From: Clostridia bacterium
Lineage (GTDB): Bacteria > Bacillota > Clostridia > UMGS1883
Direction: 5' to 3'
NCBI GenBank assembly: GCA_051866635.1
Contig: JBJDXJ010000015.1
Coordinates: 4,737-65,437 of the forward strand
Length of the DNA: 60,701 nucleotides
Shown in pieces: positions 8,236-17,382 of the stretch. Numbering within the stretch: the stretch's first letter is position 1; each line of letters begins with the position of its first letter. Made by a program: the position numbers and the translations under genes. The notes below the pieces were generated by a model. The model saw nothing but the letters and a program-made list of their open reading frames with translations, did no database searches and was not told the DNA's origin.

Positions 8236-8916
8236 ATGCGGATGAGCATAAATCCTACATATGAGAGAGAGGGACGGTTAAGTTTTCTTGGCGTTTTGTT
8301 AATCATTTTTATAGCCATAGCAGGGATAATTATTTTAATTAACGTAAAAGTACGCCCATTTATTATTTCCGTTGCAAAAGGGTATGCAAAAAATGAGGTA
8401 AATAACTCCTTAAACCATATTATTGACGAAGCACTGCGTACCGAGGAATATAACTTTATTAATATTAAAGAGGACTCGGAGGGAAAAATTGCGGCGGCAA
8501 CTATGAATTCTACCGATATCAACCTGTTTATGACAAAAATTTCTATAGGGCTGAAAAATAAAATTGCAGATATGGAGCCAATAGAGGCAAAAATACCTAT
8601 AGGCAACTTTTTTCCATCACCTTTTTTGACGGGAATAGGTCCGAGAATAAAGGTTAAATTTCTGATTTTGTCAAATACAAATATTAAAGTTACAGAAAAC
8701 TTTTTAGCAAGGGGGATAAATCAGACTTTATATACAATTTCATTTCACATTGAAACTGTTGTGGGGATATATATACCAACCATGCATTCCGCTGTAACGG
8801 TGGAAAATGAAATCCCCATTTCCAGAACGCTTATTGTGGGGACTGTTCCCGACACATATACAAACGTGGAAGGGCTTGAAGGGACCATGCAGGATGCAAT
8901 AATGAACCTGGATTAA
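8236..8916 (+). CDS. yunB: Sporulation protein YunB
   Basis: N-terminal TM, IPIG...GPRIKV...GINQT...IVGTVP; RBS GAGGTG; CATATAAT (SigE/K-like -10) at 8210. Confidence 0.85.
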   Translation: MRMSINPTYEREGRLSFLGVLLIIFIAIAGIIILINVKVRPFIISVAKGYAKNEVNNSLNHIIDEALRTEEYNFINIKEDSEGKIAAATMNSTDINLFMTKISIGLKNKIADMEPIEAKIPIGNFFPSPFLTGIGPRIKVKFLILSNTNIKVTENFLARGINQTLYTISFHIETVVGIYIPTMHSAVTVENEIPISRTLIVGTVPDTYTNVEGLEGTMQDAIMNLD

Positions 8917-8958
8917 TACTAAAATGTGAAAAATATAGTAGGAGTTGTCAAATGTCTC

Positions 8959-8987
8959 TTGACAGAGGGACTGAAAAATATTAAAAT
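8959..8987 (+). promoter_or_regulatory. SigA promoter of ptsH
   Basis: TTGACA-17-TAAAAT. Confidence 0.7.
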
Positions 8988-9026
8988 GGATATAATTAAT
9001 ACATTAACTGTTAGGAGAGCGAAACT

Positions 9027-9290
9027 ATGGTTGAAAAGCATGTAGTAGTTCAAAATCAGGTAGGGCTCCATGCGCGTCCCTGTACATTCTTTATCCAGAA
9101 GGCAAACGAATTTAAGAGCAGTATCTGGGTTGAAAAGGATAATAGGAAGGTAAACGCAAAGAGCTTACTGGGTGTTCTTTCTTTGGGAATTACAAGAGGT
9201 ATGGAAATTGTGATAAGTGCTGACGGAGACGATGCACAAACGGCGGTTGATTCTTTGGAAGAGTTAATCGAATCTAATTTTGAAGAGTAA
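9027..9290 (+). CDS. ptsH: HPr phosphocarrier protein
   Basis: GLHARP (His15) and NAKSLLG (Ser46). Confidence 0.95.
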   Translation: MVEKHVVVQNQVGLHARPCTFFIQKANEFKSSIWVEKDNRKVNAKSLLGVLSLGITRGMEIVISADGDDAQTAVDSLEELIESNFEE

Positions 9291-9350
9291 AAAAATAGAG
9301 GCAGTTTTGTTATTTCAAAACTGCCTTTTTAAACATAAGGAGATTAAAAA

Positions 9351-11753
9351 ATGAACAGAGTAAAACTTAATTTTGACCGTGAGTGGGACTTTTATCCCGG
9401 TGATATTGATGTACAGTACGCAATTAAGGCAGGTTGCACAGGCGGTGTTACTGTTTGCGATAAGCGTCAGGACGGTGAATGGCTTGCAATTGCATATAAC
9501 GACAAGGAAGTGGAAATAAAGCTGGATAAAAGCCTGCTTCGTAAAGTTAACCTTCCACATGACTGGGTTGTTGAAGGCAATTTTTCAAAAAATGAATGGG
9601 ATGCACAGGGCTATCTTCCACAGGGCATAGGTTGCTACAGAAAAGAGTTTGACATTCCCGAAGAATATAAGGGGAAAGTAGTAACTGTTGAGTTTGACGG
9701 TGTTTCACGTAATGCTACCGTATGGGTGAACGGTCACATTATCGGTAACCATTTTTCAGGTTATACATCTTTCTCATATGATATTTCCGATTATCTTAAG
9801 TACGGTGACGAAGGTACAAACTGCATTTTCGTAAAGGTTCGGGCAGATAAATATGAAGGCTGGTGGTATGAAGGTGCAGGTATTTACCGTCACACTTATC
9901 TAACCGTTACCGACAAGCTCCATGTTAAAAAGTGGGGAACTTACGTTACAACGCCTTTTGTTTCGGAAGAAAAAGCTATGGTTCAGATTGAAACAACTAT
10001 AGAAAATAAATATGCAAACGGTGAAAAGGCAATACTTGAAACAACAGTTTATGACCCAAGTGGTAAGGAATGTGGCCAGATTTCCACCGAATTTGAAATT
10101 TCCATGGTTGATGAGTGTGTAGTGAAGCAGTCTGTAAATGTTAGTAACCCCATGCTTTGGGATATTGATGAACCTAACCTTTATACTGCCGAAACAATAA
10201 TCCTTCAGGACGGAAACGTAATCGATACATATACAACAACCTTTGGTATCAGGACACTTGATTTTACAAAGGAAGGCTTCTTCTTAAACGGAAAGCATGT
10301 TGACATTAAGGGTACTTGTAACCATCAGGACTTTGCAGGTGTTGGTGTTGCACTTCCCGATTCCATCAATGAATTTAAAATTAGAAAGCTTAAGGAAATG
10401 GGTTCAAACGCATACCGTTGTTCCCACCATGCTCCCACACCTGAACTGCTTGATGCCTGTGACAAATTAGGTATGCTTGTAATGGACGAAAACCGTAAAT
10501 TGGATTGTACGGACAGAGGTATTGAAGATTTGAAGAGCCTTTTGTACCGTGACAGAAACCACCCCTCTGTATTTATGTGGTGCCTTGACAATGAAGAAGT
10601 AATTTTAGGCACAATTATAGGAAAGCGAATAGAACAGCGTCTTCGCGAAATTACACATAAGATTGACCCCACCCGTCCTACAACGGTGGCAATGAACCAC
10701 GGTTATAATGAAAATAACTATTGGGAATGTATGGACGTTGTGGGCTATAACTACGGTCAGAGAAATGACCAGTATATAAAGGATTTGGAAAACTATCCTG
10801 ACAGAATGACAATTTGTACAGAGTCCACATCAAGTACCACAACAAGAGGCATTTATGAAGCGGATGTTATCAAGGGCTACTGTACAAGCTATGAAACAAA
10901 TCTTGCATCATGGTGCTGTACACATGAACGTAGCTGGATTGATTATAAGAATAATCCCCGTCTTACAGGCATTTTTGTATGGACAGGTTTTGATTACCGT
11001 GGTGAACCTACACCTTATGCATGGCCTTGTATCAACTCGCACTTTGGTATTATGGACACTTGCGGTATTCCCAAGGATGCGTACTTCTACTACAAATCTG
11101 TGTGGTGCGATGAACCAATGGTTCACTTCCTGCCCCATTGGGATTTAAAGGAAGAAGGAGAAGATGTAACTGTAAGGGTGTTCTCTAACTGTGACAGTAT
11201 TGAGATTATCTTAAACGGTAAATCATTAGGCGAAAAAGAAATGGTTAAGTATGCCCATGTAGACTTTAATGTGAAATATGAAAAGGGCGAAATTAAGGCA
11301 ATCGGCAAGAAGGACGGAAAAGCAGTTTGCGAAATGGTAAGAAGAACCTCCAAGCCTGCTTACAGAATTGTTCTTGAACCTGACAGAACTGTTATGGCTT
11401 CTGACGGATGCGATGCAATCGTAATTTACGCTAAGATTTATGATGAAAAGGGCGATGTTGTACCTTTTGCCGACAATGAAGTAAGATTTAAGGTGGAGGG
11501 TAATGCAAATATTATCGGTGTTGGCAACGGCGACCCCTCGAGCTTAGAACCTGATAAAATGGCTTCTCTTAAGGATTTCCGCGGCAGACCTATTACACTT
11601 GATGCATATAACCCTGATAAGGAAAGCAAGAGAAGAGCATTTAACGGTGCTTGTATGGCGATTGTACAGTCTGACGGCGGTGTAGGCGAGGTTAAACTTG
11701 TTGCTAAATCTAACGGTTTGGTAAGTGATACTATTACAATTACTGCTGAATAA
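9351..11753 (+). CDS. GH2 beta-galactosidase-like glycoside hydrolase (cytoplasmic)
   Basis: LPHDW, WWYEGAGIYR, KGTCNHQD, RCSHH, DRNHPSVFMW..NE, WTGFDYRGEP; no signal peptide. Confidence 0.92.
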   Translation: MNRVKLNFDREWDFYPGDIDVQYAIKAGCTGGVTVCDKRQDGEWLAIAYNDKEVEIKLDKSLLRKVNLPHDWVVEGNFSKNEWDAQGYLPQGIGCYRKEFDIPEEYKGKVVTVEFDGVSRNATVWVNGHIIGNHFSGYTSFSYDISDYLKYGDEGTNCIFVKVRADKYEGWWYEGAGIYRHTYLTVTDKLHVKKWGTYVTTPFVSEEKAMVQIETTIENKYANGEKAILETTVYDPSGKECGQISTEFEISMVDECVVKQSVNVSNPMLWDIDEPNLYTAETIILQDGNVIDTYTTTFGIRTLDFTKEGFFLNGKHVDIKGTCNHQDFAGVGVALPDSINEFKIRKLKEMGSNAYRCSHHAPTPELLDACDKLGMLVMDENRKLDCTDRGIEDLKSLLYRDRNHPSVFMWCLDNEEVILGTIIGKRIEQRLREITHKIDPTRPTTVAMNHGYNENNYWECMDVVGYNYGQRNDQYIKDLENYPDRMTICTESTSSTTTRGIYEADVIKGYCTSYETNLASWCCTHERSWIDYKNNPRLTGIFVWTGFDYRGEPTPYAWPCINSHFGIMDTCGIPKDAYFYYKSVWCDEPMVHFLPHWDLKEEGEDVTVRVFSNCDSIEIILNGKSLGEKEMVKYAHVDFNVKYEKGEIKAIGKKDGKAVCEMVRRTSKPAYRIVLEPDRTVMASDGCDAIVIYAKIYDEKGDVVPFADNEVRFKVEGNANIIGVGNGDPSSLEPDKMASLKDFRGRPITLDAYNPDKESKRRAFNGACMAIVQSDGGVGEVKLVAKSNGLVSDTITITAE

Positions 11754-11760
11754 CAGATTT

Positions 11761-11786
11761 AAAAACACGGCTATGCCGTGTTTTTT
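11761..11786 (+). terminator. Intrinsic terminator
   Basis: AAAAACACGGC-TAT-GCCGTGTTTTTT. Confidence 0.8.
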
Positions 11787-11838
11787 GATTGATTAAATAC
11801 TGTGTATGTGATAAAATAAACAAAGCGGAGGTGAAATT

Positions 11839-13659
11839 ATGTTTGAAGAAAAAATAAAAAAATTGCCCGATTCACCGGGTGTTTATATAATGAAAAACAA
11901 AGACGGAAAAATTATATATGTGGGCAAAGCAAAGGTTCTGAAAAACAGAGTTAAGCAGTATTTTCAATCTTCTTCAAACCATTCACCTAAGGTCAAAGCT
12001 ATGGTAAGCAACATAAGTGACTTTGAATATATCCTTTGTGACAGCGAAATGGAAGCATTGGTCCTTGAATGTAACCTTATTAAGGAGCATACACCTAAGT
12101 ACAATATTTTACTGAAGGACGGAAAGCACTATCCTTATATTAAACTTACAATGAATGAGGAATATCCGAAAATGCTTTTTGTGCGAAAAATTGAAAACGA
12201 CGGGGCGAAATATTTCGGACCTTACCCTACGGGCTTTTCCATTAAGGAAACCTTCGATATTGTAAAGGAAGTATTTAAAATTGCCCGTTGTAAAAAGAGT
12301 TTTCCCCGTGATATAGGGAAGGAAAGACCGTGCTTGTACTATTCCATGGGCAAGTGCGTTGCACCTTGCAGTGGCAAAATCACAAAGGAAGAATACAAAA
12401 ATCTTTTTAATCAGATTGAAAAGTTCCTTTCAGGCAGTGACAAGGAATTAATTGAAAATTTAACAAGGGAAATGAGGCAGGCGGCATCCGAATTTGAGTT
12501 TGAAAAGGCGGCATTATGCCGTGACAAAATCGAAGCACTAAATAACCTTTCGGAAAAACAGAAGGTGTTAAGTGCCAAGGGTGAGGATATTGATGTTTTT
12601 GCCGTGGCAGTTGAGGATATATTGGCATCTGTTGAAATGTTTACAATACGCTCGGGGAAAATGATTGGCTCTGATTCTTTTAACATAAAGGGCGAAACCT
12701 TAGACGAAGAAGCTGTTTTGTCAGATTTTATTGACCAGTATTACACAGGCGAGGTTTATGTGCCGAAAACGGTTTATATTTCCCATGAAATAGGTTGGGA
12801 AGACACCCTTTCTGAGTTTTTAAGCAAAAAAAGGGGAAATAAGGTAAATGTTACAACACCTAAAATAGGGGAGCGAAAAAAGCTTTGTGATATGGCAATG
12901 AAAAATGCAAAGCATAATATAGAAAAAATGAAGACTAAGGAAATCCAGGAAAAGATGAAGGCAAATTCCCTTATTGAATTGGCACAGTCCCTTCGTCTTG
13001 AAGTTATACCCGATAGAATTGAAAGCTATGACATTTCGCACACCGGCGGTGAAGAAAATGTGGCGGCTATGGCAGTTTTTAAAAACGGGAAGCCAAGCAA
13101 GAAGGACTACAGAATATTTAAAATAAATTCTGTTTCAGGTGCAAATGATATTGCCTGCCTCAGAGAAACGCTAATAAGGCGTTTTACTCACGAGGAAAGA
13201 CGTGGGGACGGAAAGTTTTTAGAACAGCCTGACCTTATCCTTATGGACGGAGGCGTGGCACAGCTTAATTGTGCTAAAGAGGTTTTAGGTGAATTAGGGC
13301 TTGATATACCTGTTTTCGGCATGGTTAAGGACGACAAACACAGAACAAGAGGCGTTGTCAGTGAAGAAGGGGAGGTTTATTTAAAGCCTACGGGCAGTGC
13401 CATCAGACTTGTGACATATATACAGGATGAAGTTCATAAAACAGCTATCGAATACCACAGAAAAAGAAAAGAAAAAAAAATGCTTGGAAGCGAGCTTTGC
13501 AATATAAAAGGCATAGGAGAGCAAAAACGAAAGGCACTTATGCTTTATTTTCGAAGCTTTGATAAAATAAAAAAGGCAACTGTGGAAGATTTATGCAAAG
13601 TTCAAGGCATAAGTGAAAAAAATGCCACAGATATATACAACTATTTCAGAAAGGAGTAA
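11839..13659 (+). CDS. uvrC: Excinuclease ABC subunit C
   Basis: GIY-YIG (PGVY...IYVGKA), IESYDISH, PDLILMDGG, C-terminal HhH. Confidence 0.97.
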   Translation: MFEEKIKKLPDSPGVYIMKNKDGKIIYVGKAKVLKNRVKQYFQSSSNHSPKVKAMVSNISDFEYILCDSEMEALVLECNLIKEHTPKYNILLKDGKHYPYIKLTMNEEYPKMLFVRKIENDGAKYFGPYPTGFSIKETFDIVKEVFKIARCKKSFPRDIGKERPCLYYSMGKCVAPCSGKITKEEYKNLFNQIEKFLSGSDKELIENLTREMRQAASEFEFEKAALCRDKIEALNNLSEKQKVLSAKGEDIDVFAVAVEDILASVEMFTIRSGKMIGSDSFNIKGETLDEEAVLSDFIDQYYTGEVYVPKTVYISHEIGWEDTLSEFLSKKRGNKVNVTTPKIGERKKLCDMAMKNAKHNIEKMKTKEIQEKMKANSLIELAQSLRLEVIPDRIESYDISHTGGEENVAAMAVFKNGKPSKKDYRIFKINSVSGANDIACLRETLIRRFTHEERRGDGKFLEQPDLILMDGGVAQLNCAKEVLGELGLDIPVFGMVKDDKHRTRGVVSEEGEVYLKPTGSAIRLVTYIQDEVHKTAIEYHRKRKEKKMLGSELCNIKGIGEQKRKALMLYFRSFDKIKKATVEDLCKVQGISEKNATDIYNYFRKE

Positions 13660-13664
13660 GGCAT

Positions 13665-14327
13665 ATGATTCTGACATATGAAGATGTGAGAAAGAACGAA
13701 AGAATAAACACCTATATAAAAAAGGCAGATGAATCGCTTCGTGCCATAGGATATACGGAGCATAGCTTTGCCCACGTTACAAAGGTGGCTGAAAATGCAG
13801 GGATGATTTTGTCAAAATTGGGATATTCCTCTCGTGAGGTGGAATTGGCAAAAATTGCAGGGTATTTACACGATATCGGAAATGTGGTAAACCGTGTTGA
13901 ACACGCCCAAAGCGGTGCTGTTATGGCGTTTAGAATTTTGGAAACCATGGGTGCCGACCCTGAAAGTGTGGCAACAATTGTTACAGCAATCGGAAACCAT
14001 GACGAATCAACTGCTTTTCCCGTAAACCCTGTTGCGGCGGCACTTATTTTGGCGGATAAGTCTGACGTTATTTATACAAGGGTGAGAAATAACGACCAAA
14101 CAACCTTCGATATTCACGACAGGGTTAATTTTGCTGTGAAAAAATCCCTTCTTACAGTGGATGCAGAAAAGGGTGAAATGCAGTTAAGACTCAGAATTGA
14201 TACGAATATGTGCTCGGTTGTAGACTACTTTGAAATATTCCTTGAAAGAATGATTTTATGCAGAAAAGCGGCTGACAAGCTTGGTGTTAAATTTGTGCTC
14301 AGAATAAACGGACAAAAACTTTTGTAA
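13665..14327 (+). CDS. HD-domain phosphohydrolase
   Basis: EHSFAH, LHDIG, GNHDE, ADKSD. Confidence 0.88.
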   Translation: MILTYEDVRKNERINTYIKKADESLRAIGYTEHSFAHVTKVAENAGMILSKLGYSSREVELAKIAGYLHDIGNVVNRVEHAQSGAVMAFRILETMGADPESVATIVTAIGNHDESTAFPVNPVAAALILADKSDVIYTRVRNNDQTTFDIHDRVNFAVKKSLLTVDAEKGEMQLRLRIDTNMCSVVDYFEIFLERMILCRKAADKLGVKFVLRINGQKLL

Positions 14328-14402
14328 AATACTTGATTATTTGTAAAAAGTGTCGTATAATATAATTGGAATCTGTAGTATTTGTTATGTTGGAGGAATA
14401 TT

Positions 14403-15080
14403 ATGAGTACGTTAACAGATCGTGAAGTGGAATTGCTTCGCAACGAACTTAAGGTTAAATATATTAAGAATAAGCGTGTATATTGGGCAACAAAAAGGGC
14501 TTTTGATATAGTTGCAAGTGTGAGTGCTCTTATAGTTCTTTTTATCCCCCTTGCAATTATTGCACTTCTTATCTTTATTGATGACCCCCACGGAAGCCCT
14601 ATTTTTACCCAGGACAGGGTTGGGAGAAACGGAAAGGTATTTAAATTTTACAAGTTCCGTTCCATGGTTGTAAATGCTGAAGACCTTCTGGAGGTTTTGC
14701 AGGAACAAAACGAAAAGACAGGTCCTGTGTTTAAAATGCATGACGACCCCAGAATTACAAGAATAGGTAAATTCATCAGAAAGACAAGCATTGACGAGTT
14801 GCCTCAGCTGTTGAACATTGTTAAAGGCGATATGAGCATTGTAGGTCCGAGACCTGCACTTCCAAAAGAAGTTGCACAGTATGATGAATATGCAAAGCTC
14901 AGACTGCTTGTAACTCCCGGTCTTACATGTTATTGGCAGGTTCAGAATAACCGTGATTCCGTTACTTTTGATGAATGGATGGACATGGATATACAGTACA
15001 TAAAGGACAGAACATTTTTTAAGGATTTAAAACTTATATTTATGACTGTAAAGGTTGCAGTCACAGGTCAGGGTTCTTAA
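14403..15080 (+). CDS. Bacterial sugar transferase (polyprenyl-phosphate glycosylphosphotransferase catalytic domain)
   Basis: KRAFDI, KFRSM, DPRITRIGKFIRKTSIDELPQ, GDMSIVGPRP. Confidence 0.93.
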   Translation: MSTLTDREVELLRNELKVKYIKNKRVYWATKRAFDIVASVSALIVLFIPLAIIALLIFIDDPHGSPIFTQDRVGRNGKVFKFYKFRSMVVNAEDLLEVLQEQNEKTGPVFKMHDDPRITRIGKFIRKTSIDELPQLLNIVKGDMSIVGPRPALPKEVAQYDEYAKLRLLVTPGLTCYWQVQNNRDSVTFDEWMDMDIQYIKDRTFFKDLKLIFMTVKVAVTGQGS

Positions 15081-15124
15081 TGATAAAGCACACCTTTGGG
15101 TGTGCTTTAATAATGGAGGTATTT

Positions 15125-15871
15125 ATGAAAAAAAGAATAATTTCTGTTGCTCTTATTTTAATTATAGCAGTGATGGCTATAGAAGTCGTGTCAAATTTTA
15201 GAACGCTGGATTATGAAAAGGCATATGAAAAAACAGAAAAAATGGACTCGTTTGAGGCTGTAATGTCAACAATTGTCACAATAACAGAAGGCTCCGATAC
15301 TAAGCAGTCCGTCATTGACCAGACAATAAAGGTGAAAAACCGAAATAAGAAAAACATGATATACTCGGTTTACGCAAAGAGTACCTCCACTGACAGTACA
15401 ACAAGTGAAGTCGTTGAAGATGTAAGTGAGTACATCTATTATAAAGATAACTATTATATTGCAATGCCCGGGGTTAAATATAAAAGCTACTGCGGATATG
15501 ATGCGGCAAAGTCAAATATCAATAACCTTGTAAACGCAGTAACGTTCCCTTATGAAAAAATGTACAATGTAAGAAAATATAAGGAAAAGGGCAAGATGCA
15601 TTATGAATATGATGTGGAGTATTCCGATGTTTCAAATCATGTGTTATCTGCTCTTCAATCGGCGGTAAGCGGTTTTGAGGGTGTTAACTTTAAGGTTTCT
15701 GAAGTGATTGCCGAAGCGGCGGTTGACAAAAAGTACGTTACAGAAAGAAGTCTGTGGGTAGTGTATGAAAGCGATGAAGGGATAGAAATATCGCTAGAAA
15801 TCACAGTGCAGATTAAAAATACAAAGGTGAAGCTTGATGCACCTGATGAAAGTAAATATGCAGCATTGTAG
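15125..15871 (+). CDS. Hypothetical exported or membrane-anchored protein
   Basis: RBS GGAGGT; N-terminal MKKRIISVALILIIAV. Confidence 0.75.
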   Translation: MKKRIISVALILIIAVMAIEVVSNFRTLDYEKAYEKTEKMDSFEAVMSTIVTITEGSDTKQSVIDQTIKVKNRNKKNMIYSVYAKSTSTDSTTSEVVEDVSEYIYYKDNYYIAMPGVKYKSYCGYDAAKSNINNLVNAVTFPYEKMYNVRKYKEKGKMHYEYDVEYSDVSNHVLSALQSAVSGFEGVNFKVSEVIAEAAVDKKYVTERSLWVVYESDEGIEISLEITVQIKNTKVKLDAPDESKYAAL

Positions 15872-15877
15872 AGTTAA

Positions 15878-15931
15878 AACAGCAAAAATAGGAGTAAGGG
15901 AAAATTTCCTTGCTCCTATTTTTTTGCTGTT
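15878..15931. terminator. Bidirectional terminator between convergent genes
   Basis: AACAGCAAAAATAGGAGTAAGG / CCTTGCTCCTATTTTTTTGCTGTT. Confidence 0.75.
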
Positions 15932-16547
15932 ACATAACTCTATATACGCCGATTACTTTGCCGATAATTGCAACTGTGTCTGTAATGATAGGCTCCAATG
16001 CGTCATTTTCAGGCTGAAGTCTGAAATGACCATTTTCTTTGTAAAATGTTTTAACCGTAGCACTATCTTCAATAAGTGCCGCAACAATCTCACCGTTATT
16101 TGCAACATTCTGGCTTTTGATAATTACATAATCCCCATCTAAAATACCGGCATTAATCATACTTTCACCACGGATTTTTAACATGAACACATCGCCGCCA
16201 CGGGCAAAGTCAGTGGGGAGAGGAAACATACGTTCAATATTTTCTTCTGCTAAAATAGGTGCACCTGCACTTATCTGTCCAATGACAGGTACGGAAAAAA
16301 CATTGTCGTCCGCCTCTGTTATATTGCCCACATTAGCCTTGGATGCAAGGCGTACACTTCTTGAGTTAGATGGGTCCTTTATTAATTTACCAGATTTTTC
16401 AAGACGTGATAAATACCCGTGAACTGTAGAAGGGGAATTAAGTCCTACCCCTGAACATATTTCACGGATTGTGGGCGGATACCCTTTTTCTTTTGTATGT
16501 TCTTCAATAAAAGATAATATCTGCTGTTGTTTACTTAAATTTACCAT
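15930..16547 (-). CDS. lexA: SOS repressor LexA
   Basis: GYPPTIREI wHTH, SAG cleavage site, GESM Ser and TVK Lys dyad; RBS GGAG. Confidence 0.97.
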   Translation of the reverse strand: MVNLSKQQQILSFIEEHTKEKGYPPTIREICSGVGLNSPSTVHGYLSRLEKSGKLIKDPSNSRSVRLASKANVGNITEADDNVFSVPVIGQISAGAPILAEENIERMFPLPTDFARGGDVFMLKIRGESMINAGILDGDYVIIKSQNVANNGEIVAALIEDSATVKTFYKENGHFRLQPENDALEPIITDTVAIIGKVIGVYRVM

Positions 16548-16559
16548 AAAAATCTCCAT

Positions 16560-16760
16560 TCCGCCGCCATACGTCGGCACAAATATCAATTAAACCTCTC
16601 TTATCCGTATGGCCAGGAAAGACAAGAGATTTTTGAGCCCATGTGCGTTTCTGAGGCAAAGCCTCGGAAAATTTCGCACGGGCAATCAAATTCGCCGGAG
16701 GCTTTAACGGGAAAGAAACTTTCACGTTAACACCTTCCTCAGGTAAAATTCATCTTTTCA
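16560..16760 (-). ncRNA. Unassigned highly structured ~200-nt sequence in the lexA 5' leader
   Basis: Four hairpins with complementary loops, between the lexA promoter (TTGCTT...TGTTATAAT, 16794-16767) and the lexA RBS. Confidence 0.45.
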
Positions 16761-16791
16761 CTATGATTATAACACATAAAAAAAGAAAAAG

Positions 16792-16881
16792 CAAACATTT
16801 GTTCGAAAATTTTCCAAAAAAAATATTGACATCGAACAAATGTTCTGTTATATTAAAGGTGAACAGACGAACAAGTGTTCG
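16792..16881. promoter_or_regulatory. Three Firmicute SOS boxes overlapping the divergent lexA and yneA promoters
   Basis: CAAACATTTGTTCG 16792-16805, CGAACAAATGTTCT 16833-16846, CGAACAAGTGTTCG 16868-16881; TTGACA 16826 with TATATT 16849. Confidence 0.92.
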
Positions 16882-16899
16882 ATGAAAGGTGGAGTAAAT

Positions 16900-17292
16900 A
16901 TGACAAATACAACATATGTTGGTAAAATATCCCCTATACTTAAGGACAACTGGACAGACAATGTCCCTTCATATTATTCTTATTATGACTATCATCAGAG
17001 AAGAAAAGCGGCAAAGAAAAAGCTTAAAAGGGAAAGAGCAATTTTCTTTTTTGTGGCTGTCGCATTGGCATTTATGTGTTTTGCAACCTTTTCCGTTTCA
17101 GGCATCAGCAGGGAAACTTTTACAAGTAACCTTTGTCATGCAGTAGAAAGCGGAGATACACTTTGGAGCATTGCGGAAGAATACAAGGGTGAAAATGTTT
17201 CAACAGGCGATTTCGTTCGTCAATTAAAAAAAATTAATGAAATGAAAACTTCGGAAATTTATGTCGGACAGCTTTTAATCATTCCGGAATAA
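16900..17292 (+). CDS. yneA: LysM-domain SOS cell division inhibitor, YneA-like
   Basis: TM segment plus LysM (VESGDTLWSIA...IYVGQLLIIP); divergent from lexA and under SOS boxes. Confidence 0.82.
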   Translation: MTNTTYVGKISPILKDNWTDNVPSYYSYYDYHQRRKAAKKKLKRERAIFFFVAVALAFMCFATFSVSGISRETFTSNLCHAVESGDTLWSIAEEYKGENVSTGDFVRQLKKINEMKTSEIYVGQLLIIPE

Positions 17293-17382
17293 AAAACTGC
17301 ATTCTGGCAATCCTTTAAGTAAAGACGAAAAATTTTATTTTTCGAATAAGGCGTATATGCCGTAATACAAAGAGGGGTTGTT

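Noticed and set aside
16690-16745. Hammerhead ribozyme (CUGAGGA on the minus strand) or ZTP riboswitch in the lexA leader
   Set aside because: No GAAA after the following stem and no complete ZTP consensus
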